A stretch of 22,370 nt of DNA from Oligoflexales bacterium (GTDB lineage: Bacteria; Bdellovibrionota_B; Oligoflexia; Oligoflexales; Bog-1112), in assembly GCA_045106415.1 (NCBI GenBank), contig JBGCEP010000059.1, positions 1 to 22,370 of the forward strand, given 5' to 3'. Numbering within the stretch: the stretch's first letter is position 1; every line of letters starts with the position of its first letter. Both the position numbers and the translations under genes were made by a program. Below are positions 8,724 through 17,081 of the stretch, in pieces. Under the pieces are notes generated by a model. It made no database searches, was not told the origin of the DNA, and was given only the letters and a program-made list of their open reading frames with translations.

Positions 8724-9557
8724 TTAGCCATTCCATATATCTTTAGGTATGTAAACTCGGCCACCATAGGATTTGAAAATAAATCCACTGGAATCGGGAT
8801 TTGTAGCTTTTCTATGGAGAGACCTGGAAAAAGCGTATACTTTATAAATAGCTTGGATCCCACGCCCTGAGACCCCGTTCATGCTGTCACAACGTAGCGC
8901 GCTTTTGTTATTTGCATCCCAAAAAGTTGCTTGTATTTCTACGATAAACCCAACACCAAAACCACACATATAAATAGTGTCTTTACTTTGAATATTATTT
9001 GTAGATGCGTTGATAGATTGTTTTGTGCATCTTTTATAAGCCTCTAATGTTTTTCTTGATTCTGGATATTTAGGTTGTGCAAAAAGTTGTGTTGGGCTAC
9101 TCCCTAGAACTTGATCAAAGCGACCTTCAGCTTGAAAAAGCCGGTTTTGAGAGGCCATAATCTGGGTAGATTGAGGTATTATGGAAAGAAGATCTTGCCA
9201 TTCACCAAAGTAAATTCTTCGACTTCCTACAGGTAGATCTAAAAAAGTACCTGTTTGGATGCTTTTCATGAGATCCCATGGATCTGAACATTGAAAGTTT
9301 TTAACATTCGCTTCTGTTCGAGAACCACTAGGAAGTCTTTTGACGACTTCACGCTGAAAAATTTGTAAAGCACGAGTGAGCTCATAGCGAACTATAAGAT
9401 CATCTTCGAAGACCATGCTTGTATCAATGCGATTGTAGCTTTGCTCTATCAGCTTTGTAACGCCAGAAACCATACCGGCAAGTGTGATACCTAGAATGGA
9501 AATAGCGATGAGAATTTCAATGAGTGTGTAACCGGCTTGCGAGCTCTTTTTTTTCAT
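8724..9557 (-). CDS. Prepilin-type N-terminal cleavage/methylation domain protein (type IV pilin or T2SS pseudopilin-like)
   Basis: MKKKSSQAG|YTLIEILIAISILGITLAG is a class III signal: basic leader, G at -1, E at +5, hydrophobic helix. Four cysteines follow in the globular part. Confidence 0.88.
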   Translation of the reverse strand: MKKKSSQAGYTLIEILIAISILGITLAGMVSGVTKLIEQSYNRIDTSMVFEDDLIVRYELTRALQIFQREVVKRLPSGSRTEANVKNFQCSDPWDLMKSIQTGTFLDLPVGSRRIYFGEWQDLLSIIPQSTQIMASQNRLFQAEGRFDQVLGSSPTQLFAQPKYPESRKTLEAYKRCTKQSINASTNNIQSKDTIYMCGFGVGFIVEIQATFWDANNKSALRCDSMNGVSGRGIQAIYKVYAFSRSLHRKATNPDSSGFIFKSYGGRVYIPKDIWNG

Positions 9558-9562
9558 TTCAA

Positions 9563-9626
9563 TTTTCTCCGTAATCCTCTTTTTGAATCGGAATTTTTGA
9601 TCGAATATTGAGGATTACGGAGAAAA
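9563..9626. repeat. Perfect 17-bp inverted repeat with a 30-nt spacer
   Basis: TTTTCTCCGTAATCCTC (9563-9579) / GAGGATTACGGAGAAAA (9610-9626), extendable by CATTTC (9555-9560) / GAAATG (9628-9633). Confidence 0.95.
9585..9611 (-). promoter_or_regulatory. sigma28-like promoter of the prepilin gene, inside the inverted repeat
   Basis: Minus strand TCAATATT-N11-TCCGATTC, 28 nt before ATG 9557. Confidence 0.6.
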
Positions 9627-9658
9627 AGAAATGTGAATAGAGAAATGACGAAGACTCT

Positions 9659-10330
9659 TTATGCCTCATCTTCTCCATGAAGAGAACTTATTTTTCGAGA
9701 TTTGAATTCTTCTTCGAAAACTTTGGGTGTTGATAAGCCCTCTTTTTTCCAGGCGTTTTTATTTTCTTTTGTAGGTGATTGGTGTACTTTTACTTCGACT
9801 TTAACTTTCTTTTTGTCTGGGTGAGTGAAGGCAATTTCAATTGTTTCTTGCTTTAGTGGAGCAATCATAGTCATAGACCAGTAGTTTTTTTCATAATCTT
9901 CTTTATCATCATTTTCTCGTAGGGTTACAACACTGTCCTTAGGGTTCTTTTCTGAGGAGCCTGAAGCAACTGCGTAAGAAACATCTTCTGCGCTGTTGAT
10001 ATCAAAAACCTCTTCATTGGCATCTAGAGCCAGACAGCCAATAGCACTATGGTTGGTAGGAGCGTCAATGTTGGGGTCCTGTGAACAGGTTATGTGAACA
10101 TCAGATAAATACATACCAGATATTGTTTCAGGCTTTGAGGCCACAGTGTCTTCTAAAAGCTCTTCATCATTATTACTGTCTGAGTTTTCAGAGCTGAGAT
10201 GCTGTGAATCAAAGTTACTATCGCGATCTATCTCCGTTGGGGTACTTCCGGTTTGTCCACAGGATATAAGCACAGCTAAACCGGATATACTTATAAGATT
10301 TGTGAGCATATTTTTTTGGATTCTCATCAT
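9659..10330 (-). CDS. Putative lipoprotein, acidic/low-complexity linker then a Cys-pair domain
   Basis: Lipobox LAVLIS-C, S/N/D/E-rich linker, then PETISGMYL...C...IGC. GGGGG RBS upstream. Confidence 0.78.
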   Translation of the reverse strand: MMRIQKNMLTNLISISGLAVLISCGQTGSTPTEIDRDSNFDSQHLSSENSDSNNDEELLEDTVASKPETISGMYLSDVHITCSQDPNIDAPTNHSAIGCLALDANEEVFDINSAEDVSYAVASGSSEKNPKDSVVTLRENDDKEDYEKNYWSMTMIAPLKQETIEIAFTHPDKKKVKVEVKVHQSPTKENKNAWKKEGLSTPKVFEEEFKSRKISSLHGEDEA

Positions 10331-10361
10331 TCCCCCAGATCCATCTCTGTTAACGTACTCA

Positions 10362-10389
10362 TATTCGGTGAAGTGTGCCGGAGAATTGA
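10362..10389 (-). promoter_or_regulatory. sigma28-like promoter candidate
   Basis: Minus strand TCAATTCT-N12-ACCGAATA, 32 nt before the start at 10330. Confidence 0.55.
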
Positions 10390-10470
10390 GGGTTTGTTTC
10401 GAATTGTCTATTTCTTCTTTAAAAATAGTTCGTTAACAAAGGGGTGATGGGGTGGGCTTTTGTTGTTTTT

Positions 10471-11418
10471 TTATGATTCAGGCCAAGGATATGGCTCGAG
10501 TAGGTGCATTCTTTCATTGAAAGGTCGTTTTCGGTGACTTTTTAAATTGTCAAAGCATGTAATTTCAGTAGGGTATACACAAATAGCTTGGTGTTTTTTG
10601 ATGTGATGCTCGATCTCAGAGCGGAATTCTGTGAATAATTCCGCATTTGCGACTCGTATGAGTTTATATTGTTGTTCCCATAGGGGGTGAGAGTTTTGAG
10701 TTTGATAAGTGGTTTGCCGGCTCTCAAAATGATTCTCTTTGACTGAGCACGCAAGAAGATCTTGTCGTGCGCCTTCTATGTCATATGAATGGACATGGCC
10801 CTGCTCTCCTACAAAATGAGCCATAAGGATTGTGAACACACCGCAGCCATGCCCAAGGTCAAGAGTGTGATCTCCTTGTGATAATAAAGTTTTGAAGGTG
10901 TCAAGGTAAGGAGTATAATCGACGCGATCGATTGCAACTTGTCGTGAATCATTCCAATCATTAAGGTCGATATAGATTCTTAGATTTTCAACGATTTCTT
11001 TAATCAGTACAGCTGGCTGAGCAATGGTTATTTCGGCATTTTTCATACAGAACTCATGTGTCTTCATGAGGTATTGCCGTAGTTCTTCTGTTGTTTGAAC
11101 TGTGCTCATAAGTTCTGAGGTGATTTCACCCTCATGAGGATTTCTATCAAATAAAACTCGCCAAGCCCATACCCAATGCCTATAACTGAGAGATAAAGGA
11201 GATTTTGCTTCGAGGTCACGATGTCTCTCGTATTGAACAAAATGGCGCGTGTACTCATCGCTGAAAGTTATTTTTTTATGGAGATCTCTAAGATTTTCAT
11301 TTGGGGCTTTCATGGTTTCAAAAGCTTGAGGTTCAGGCTCCCTATTTAAGAGAATACGGTAAGCCCATTGTATAGATTCATCAGTGATTTCATAATTTTC
11401 TTGTGTTTCTTTAGACAT
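10471..11418 (-). CDS. FkbM-like SAM-dependent methyltransferase with two N-terminal helical repeats
   Basis: SAM motif I: LLSQGDHTLDLGHGCGVFTILMAHFVGEQGHVHSYD. N-terminal repeats WAYRILLNREPE...FSDEY and WAWRVLFDRNPH...KTHEF. Strong AAGGAGG RBS. Confidence 0.75.
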   Translation of the reverse strand: MSKETQENYEITDESIQWAYRILLNREPEPQAFETMKAPNENLRDLHKKITFSDEYTRHFVQYERHRDLEAKSPLSLSYRHWVWAWRVLFDRNPHEGEITSELMSTVQTTEELRQYLMKTHEFCMKNAEITIAQPAVLIKEIVENLRIYIDLNDWNDSRQVAIDRVDYTPYLDTFKTLLSQGDHTLDLGHGCGVFTILMAHFVGEQGHVHSYDIEGARQDLLACSVKENHFESRQTTYQTQNSHPLWEQQYKLIRVANAELFTEFRSEIEHHIKKHQAICVYPTEITCFDNLKSHRKRPFNERMHLLEPYPWPES

Positions 11419-11453
11419 GGCTACCTCCTTATGGAGAAATCATAGCATGTTCT

Positions 11454-12680
11454 TTAAATAAATATTTGGCGACTCAATATTAATGTTGTGCTTGCAAGAA
11501 CCAAAGCTAAAGAAATAGGATCTCTGATGGCAAAAGAAACAGGGTCATGAGGCATTTTTAAGCGGAAAGTAAGAACCCAAATTCGAGCATACCAGCCTCC
11601 AAAAAAGAAGACTGCAAGGCAATGAAGAACAGAGATGATGGTTTGCTTTAGAAGAGCTGAAATCAAAAAATGGATAGAAAATAAACTTAAAATAATTCCA
11701 AAAACACCAATCCAAGACTGATCTTCAAGGGTATAACCACGTCTCGTTGTTGAATGACACGAGTGAAGCTCTGTATAGCGCTTTGAAAATGCCAAACTAT
11801 AAAACCCACAGCCAGCGGATAACCACCCTAAGTTAGAAATGGATAACCCAAGAACATGAGACCCTAAAGCAATTCTTAAAAGGTAGAGTGAGCATAAAGT
11901 TGAAATATCAATAAAAGGTATTTTCTTAAGATAAAAAGTATAGCAAGAGGTCATAACAACATAACTAAGAAGAATATAAAAACTCACTATACTGTGTAAA
12001 GTTGCAAGAGTTGCTCCGAGAGAAATCAGTACAGGGCTTGCATAAAGACCTAGAAATGGATTCAAACTTCCGGAGGCCATAGGGCGTTTTCTTTTATCCG
12101 GATGTTTTCTGTCATCATAAATATCCATCCAATCATTTAAGAGATAGACCCCAGATGCACAAAAGCTGATAGCAAAAAAACAGAGAACTGTACTTAAAAA
12201 AGGTAAGGTTTTAGCGTCTTTAATATGGAATAGAAGAGGTAAGAAAAGAAGAATATTCTTGCTCCACTGATGAAGTCGCATAGCCTTTAATAAAGACAAA
12301 AATGAGAATGAGGGCGTTTGTTTTTTCTCAAAATGGTTTTGAATTTCAATATAATCAAAAAAATGGAAGTCATGAATTAGATTTTGAGTGGTCATGGTAT
12401 CAATGGGTGTTCTAAGTGTGAATTTTTCACCATTAGTATGTCTTTTCTCTAATTCTTTTAAGTAACTATAATTCCAAGGAATATCGTATTTTGTTAGATG
12501 CCGGTAAGTGTCTGAGGCATTAATGTTTTTAAGCTTGAAGGTGGTAAGAAAAAAAGTGGTTGGTTGGTAGCGTAAAAGGTGATTTTGAGCGATGACTTCA
12601 ATAGGTTGCATCGTTAAATCTTGGAGATCAATGCAAGATTTAATCTGAGAATTCTTATGATGTTGATACTTGGCTTCCAA
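11454..12680 (-). CDS. UbiA-family prenyltransferase (polyprenyl-phosphate phosphoribosyltransferase-like) with a degenerate N-terminal HAD-like domain
   Basis: LKAMRLHQWSKNILLFLP, YLLNDWMDIYDDRKHPDKRKRPMASG, KRYTEL...RRGY and MPHDPVSFAIRDPISL. TTG start with GGAG 6 nt upstream. Confidence 0.9.
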   Translation of the reverse strand: MEAKYQHHKNSQIKSCIDLQDLTMQPIEVIAQNHLLRYQPTTFFLTTFKLKNINASDTYRHLTKYDIPWNYSYLKELEKRHTNGEKFTLRTPIDTMTTQNLIHDFHFFDYIEIQNHFEKKQTPSFSFLSLLKAMRLHQWSKNILLFLPLLFHIKDAKTLPFLSTVLCFFAISFCASGVYLLNDWMDIYDDRKHPDKRKRPMASGSLNPFLGLYASPVLISLGATLATLHSIVSFYILLSYVVMTSCYTFYLKKIPFIDISTLCSLYLLRIALGSHVLGLSISNLGWLSAGCGFYSLAFSKRYTELHSCHSTTRRGYTLEDQSWIGVFGIILSLFSIHFLISALLKQTIISVLHCLAVFFFGGWYARIWVLTFRLKMPHDPVSFAIRDPISLALVLASTTLILSRQIFI

Positions 12681-12709
12681 AAGTGGCTCCGATACCCATC
12701 CATATGTGA

Positions 12710-12736
12710 GAATCGGAATCTTTTAGAATAAATATA
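12710..12736 (-). promoter_or_regulatory. sigma28-like promoter candidate
   Basis: Minus strand TATATTTA-N11-TCCGATTC, with a -10 identical to that at 9585-9592, 30 nt before the start at 12680. Confidence 0.5.
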
Positions 12737-12765
12737 AAATTAAAGATCTATCTTCTGATAATAGA

Positions 12766-12809
12766 GCGCCTTACAGCTTCTAAGGATGGTTTCGAGAAGT
12801 GTAAGGCGT
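12766..12809 (-). terminator. Stem-loop downstream of the S41 peptidase (terminator or stabiliser)
   Basis: GCGCCTTACA-g-CTTCT...AGAAG-TGTAAGGCGT, with only a weak U-tract on the minus strand. Confidence 0.55.
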
Positions 12810-12842
12810 GTTCCCTGCTGTAGATAATACTGATTTTTGATT

Positions 12843-14585
12843 CTACTCAGGAGTTGTCTTTGTCGCTACTGACTTATTTTTATTCATAAGGTCTTTGCCT
12901 ACTTGGATAACTGTATCCCAGAATGAAGGGCCTTTTGTAAGTACGGTTTCAATGTCTGGGTGAGCACCTTCATTTTCGATAAGGCTACCGTCGAGTCTAA
13001 GTATTCGAGATGCTGTGATTGACAGAGATATCTTTTGGTTTGGTGCTGCGTTTTGAAAACCAATGACGTTTCCTCCTGCTCCCATACTCTGAGAACCAAC
13101 GACAGTGGCGAGATCAAGGTCTTGCATAGCAACAGTAAAGATATCACACATACTGGCGCACATATCATCAATAAGAATAAGAGTCTCACCTTCCCAAGGG
13201 TTCGAAACACCTTCTAAAGATTTGGAACCTACTATAGAAACTGGGCGAGATATTTTTTTCTCTTCTTTTGCATCTTCTAAGAGTGTTTGATAACTTTCTC
13301 TCCATTCGTGTCGTTCTGCATATGGGATAAGTGGGGTTTCAGAAAGGTTTCTAAAAGTTTGCATCCACTCTTCATTTAAACGGATTTCAGTCAGGCCGAT
13401 ATCAATCGTGTCTTTTTTGAAAGCACGCAACAATTCATAACCTGCTTGTAAATATCCGCCTCCATTAGATCGAAGATCAAGAATAAGGGTGTGAACGCCT
13501 TGATTTTTTAGTTGTGAGAAAGCGTTAGCATAAGTTTCACCATTTATAATTTTACAATCTTTCCCCTGACAACGTAGGCGACTGTTGACAAAATCCTCTA
13601 TACGGTAGATTGCAGCCCAGCCTTGTCCCATAGGAAATAATTCAAAATTTAAATCCTGATAACTTTCTGATCTTTTATAAAAATCAGGTTGATCTGCAGA
13701 CTTTTGTATTGATGAAGCAATGAGAGCTGGGATGGAAGCAGCTATTTTTAAATCTGTATGGTTATTATTCATGAGGTTTAAAATACCGCTAAGGCGATTA
13801 CTTACTGCTGTTTGAAAACCATCCTGAGATTTTTTAGTGATTGTTTTATACGAGTCATTCTGACCAAAAAAGAGCATGAAGAAAATATCAGTTTGAGTAA
13901 GATGCAACCAAGGGACTTCCCTTTCTATGATTGTATCTTGCCGTTTGACTTTGACATGGGTTATTCCTTCTGGAATATTAGAGAAAATATGTGGTAGTCG
14001 CATTGTTAAGAGTGAAGCGGCAATATTTTTATTTGCTCTTTCCCTGCCTGTATTTGTATATTTTAAGATATCTTCTTGAACGACATCTTCAATGCTGCGG
14101 GAATTAAATTCAAGAATTTGGTCCCCTGATTGAAATGGAGAATGTGAAAAAATATGAGGTAGGACTTGATCAATCACATAAATATCTTGCTCAGGATCAT
14201 ATTTTGTTAAAAACCCTAATGTTGTGATCGATGGGTCTTCTAAATAAGATGAACGGCCAAGTGAGGCTGAAACATGACCATCTGCAAAAAGAGCAACCAT
14301 CTCTTGAATAATTTTTTCAAAATCTTTCCGGCCGACTTGAGGATCTAGAATTCTGTTTTTAAATTCTTCTTTTTTGTCTGCCCATGAAAAATTGAATCTT
14401 TTTTCTTTGTAGTCCACCATCGCATAATGTTCATCTATTATGCTGATGATAGAATAAAAATCTTGTAGTTTTTTGCTTTCATCGAATGAACTAAAATCAT
14501 GAAGTTGTGATGTTTGCTGAGTGGGTGAAAAATCAGCTCCACAATTGACTAATAACCATGAAGCCATAAGGTATTTAAACAACAT
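12843..14585 (-). CDS. S41-family serine peptidase, CPAF-like, with a PDZ-like region and probable lipoprotein signal
   Basis: HYAMVDYK, FADGHVS, PDZ-like GDQILEFN, LILDLRSNGGG, LIDDMCASMCDIF, VVGSQSMGAGGNV and IENEGAHPDI. N-terminus ...WLLVN-C. Confidence 0.9.
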   Translation of the reverse strand: MLFKYLMASWLLVNCGADFSPTQQTSQLHDFSSFDESKKLQDFYSIISIIDEHYAMVDYKEKRFNFSWADKKEEFKNRILDPQVGRKDFEKIIQEMVALFADGHVSASLGRSSYLEDPSITTLGFLTKYDPEQDIYVIDQVLPHIFSHSPFQSGDQILEFNSRSIEDVVQEDILKYTNTGRERANKNIAASLLTMRLPHIFSNIPEGITHVKVKRQDTIIEREVPWLHLTQTDIFFMLFFGQNDSYKTITKKSQDGFQTAVSNRLSGILNLMNNNHTDLKIAASIPALIASSIQKSADQPDFYKRSESYQDLNFELFPMGQGWAAIYRIEDFVNSRLRCQGKDCKIINGETYANAFSQLKNQGVHTLILDLRSNGGGYLQAGYELLRAFKKDTIDIGLTEIRLNEEWMQTFRNLSETPLIPYAERHEWRESYQTLLEDAKEEKKISRPVSIVGSKSLEGVSNPWEGETLILIDDMCASMCDIFTVAMQDLDLATVVGSQSMGAGGNVIGFQNAAPNQKISLSITASRILRLDGSLIENEGAHPDIETVLTKGPSFWDTVIQVGKDLMNKNKSVATKTTPE

Positions 14586-14801
14586 ATTTCCCTCGTCTTA
14601 AGATGTGTTGTCGAAACAATAGTCGTTCTTAAAACTTTATTCAAAAAAATTTATGTTGTGGTTTTTTATAATGTGTAAATAAATATATTTATATTGGTCA
14701 TTATAATGTTTTAAGTGTGAGATTTTTTATTATTTAAATAAGTGGATTTGCTAAAGTATTTAAATGAAAGTATATTCTCGAAATCTTATGAGTTTAATGA
14801 A

Positions 14802-16931
14802 TTAAGTGTTTGCTTTATGTAAGACTTTACGAAGGGTAAAGACAGGCTCTTTTTCAAGTAATGTTTTCACAAAATTGTCATGGGTTCCTTTGAACTTATA
14901 AAGAGGTTTATCTTCTTTTGATTTCAGTATTTTTAATCTTTCTTCATGTAATTTTTTGAGCTCTTTCTCAAGATCTTGCTGGCTGTTAATTTGAGTGCTA
15001 ACTTTTTCTAATGAACTTTGAGCTGCGGACAAAGTAATTTTTTTACCATGCTCGATAGCTCTTTTAAGTTGAGATTTTACAGACAAACATTTTTTATGAA
15101 TTTTAAATTCCTTTGAGATAGAAACAGCCTGTTCTAGGTTTTTCATAGCATCGTCGTATTGAGTATTTCTAATCTGATTGAGAGCTAGATTGTAAATGAC
15201 AATGGCTCGTTTGTCCTGGCGGTTTTCAGGAATAGATTCGAGTGTTCTTTGATAAATTTCAACGCCTCTATCAAGCTCTCCATTACGTGTGAGAGAGATG
15301 GCTCTATTGTTCATGGTTGAAATGACTTCATCCATGGATTCAAGTTGATCCATAATATTTTTTGCTTTGTCTTTTTGTCCATTTTCTAATGCCATCTTTG
15401 CTGTGGACTGAACAACAAGAAGATTTTCTTCATCAATTTTTTTGGCGCTTTCAATGGAGTCTTCAGCAGATTTGTTATCTCCCATTTCTACATAAACTTC
15501 AGAAATAATACAAAGACGTTCAATGTTTTTGGGACTTATTTCTTTTGCTCTATTAAGACATTCAAGAGCTGATTGAAAATCCCCAAGTTTGATAAGAGAT
15601 TTTCCTAAGAGATTTAAGGCAATTAATGTATCTCCTTTTCCTGAGCGTACAGACTCAAGGAGGAGTTTACTGGCTAAAGAATAATCTTCTTCATGAAAAG
15701 CTAGCTCACCTTTAAGTTGCGTTTGTCGGATGTCAGATAAATTTGTTTCATTCATTAAAGTAGAGAGTACTCCTTTAGCTTCTTGAACACAGCCTTTTGT
15801 TAAATGTGTTCGTAGTTTTGATATTAAGTGTTTTTGTTCTGTTGGTTCTTGTTGTTGAACTTGAAAATGGATGAGACTTTGTAGAAAAGTTTTTTTATTG
15901 ATGGGTTTATTGACAAGGTGATTGATCCCCATTTCTTGTAACAAGGGGAGATCTTCTTGAGAAACAAGTCCTGAAACTATTGTAATAGGGACGTTGGCCA
16001 TCCCGTGTTGTCGAATTCTTTGTACAAGAGAAGGAGCTGGGAGTCTGGGTAAACGCCATTCTGTGAGGAGCATGTCTGGCTCTGGGTTTGTTTTTAACCA
16101 TTCCCAAGCTTCTTTTCCATCCGAGAATATTTGAATATCAGGAATACCAATACCATCTAGAACTCGTTTGATAGCATTTTGCATTGAGGAATCTGAATCT
16201 ATAATAACAGCAGAATGTAAGCCTAAAGCGTTGACTTGTGCTTCTTCGGTAGAGTCGAGGGACTCTCCTTCGAGGTAAATATCAACCAGTTCATTGATGC
16301 TTTCTTCTAATCGATCATCGAGTAGTTTTGTTTGCCATAACGTGGCTTGCCCAGCCTCTATTTCTCCGTTGAGAAAATAAGCTTCAGCTAATAAAAGAAG
16401 ATTGTTAGGGTTTGATTTGTATTGATCAACAAGACCTCTTTCAACAGTGACAAGCTCTTCAAATCTTTCATTTTCGACAAGGTAATCTCTTAAGTTTGCA
16501 GCCGAAGATTGACGTGTATCCCACTGATAGCGCTCGAACCTATGTAAGAGTGTACGGATTTCTTCTAATAACTGTGCTTTATTTTTTGCTTTTTCAAACC
16601 ATGAATGCATACCGCGTTCAAAAGCGACAGGGATTGCTGATATTTCATGACGATCAAAAAAGACTGTCGTTTGGATGTGAGAAGTTTCAACATTTTCACG
16701 AAGAATCCTTAGGAGGTGAAGGGCATTGAATTCTTGGTTTGTTTCGAGTGGAGTGATGATCCAGTGAATGTCTTCAGTTCCGATAATATCTAAAGCTTCT
16801 TTAATTCCATGAACAACTGTCAAGTTGAGAAAATCTAGTTCTTTTAAAACTTCAGCCAGTATTGTACGTCCCCCAGGAGTTTTATCAATAAGGAGGGTAC
16901 GAACATTTTTTGTTTGAAACGCAGAAGCCAA
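14802..16931 (-). CDS. Pseudo-receiver - TPR - pseudo-receiver - TPR protein (paralog 1)
   Basis: N-terminal REC-like fold (TLLIDKTPGGRTIL...WIITPL...EK), second REC (VIIDSD...MLLTEWRLP...VNKP) and TPRs (ALNLLGKSLIKLGDFQSALECLNRAKEISPKNIER; YNLAL). Confidence 0.88.
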   Translation of the reverse strand: MASAFQTKNVRTLLIDKTPGGRTILAEVLKELDFLNLTVVHGIKEALDIIGTEDIHWIITPLETNQEFNALHLLRILRENVETSHIQTTVFFDRHEISAIPVAFERGMHSWFEKAKNKAQLLEEIRTLLHRFERYQWDTRQSSAANLRDYLVENERFEELVTVERGLVDQYKSNPNNLLLLAEAYFLNGEIEAGQATLWQTKLLDDRLEESINELVDIYLEGESLDSTEEAQVNALGLHSAVIIDSDSSMQNAIKRVLDGIGIPDIQIFSDGKEAWEWLKTNPEPDMLLTEWRLPRLPAPSLVQRIRQHGMANVPITIVSGLVSQEDLPLLQEMGINHLVNKPINKKTFLQSLIHFQVQQQEPTEQKHLISKLRTHLTKGCVQEAKGVLSTLMNETNLSDIRQTQLKGELAFHEEDYSLASKLLLESVRSGKGDTLIALNLLGKSLIKLGDFQSALECLNRAKEISPKNIERLCIISEVYVEMGDNKSAEDSIESAKKIDEENLLVVQSTAKMALENGQKDKAKNIMDQLESMDEVISTMNNRAISLTRNGELDRGVEIYQRTLESIPENRQDKRAIVIYNLALNQIRNTQYDDAMKNLEQAVSISKEFKIHKKCLSVKSQLKRAIEHGKKITLSAAQSSLEKVSTQINSQQDLEKELKKLHEERLKILKSKEDKPLYKFKGTHDNFVKTLLEKEPVFTLRKVLHKANT

Positions 16932-16968
16932 GATCTCAACTCTATAAATTAGAAACTATATGCACAAT

Positions 16969-16995
16969 GTATCGGTGAGTAGGAGTTGAAAGTAA
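16969..16995 (-). promoter_or_regulatory. sigma28-like promoter candidate
   Basis: Minus strand TTACTTTC-N11-ACCGATAC, 38 nt before TTG 16931. Confidence 0.5.
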
Positions 16996-17081
16996 GGGTC
17001 TGGTGAAAAATTCTTATGTTTTAAATTGTTTATAGAAGTTTTTTGGGTCATGATATAAAATTAAGCTGTGAATGTAAGGCT

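Noticed and set aside
10441..10456. G-rich run GGGGTGATGGGGTGGG as a possible G-quadruplex or terminator
   Set aside because: Only three G-tracts and no complementary arm.
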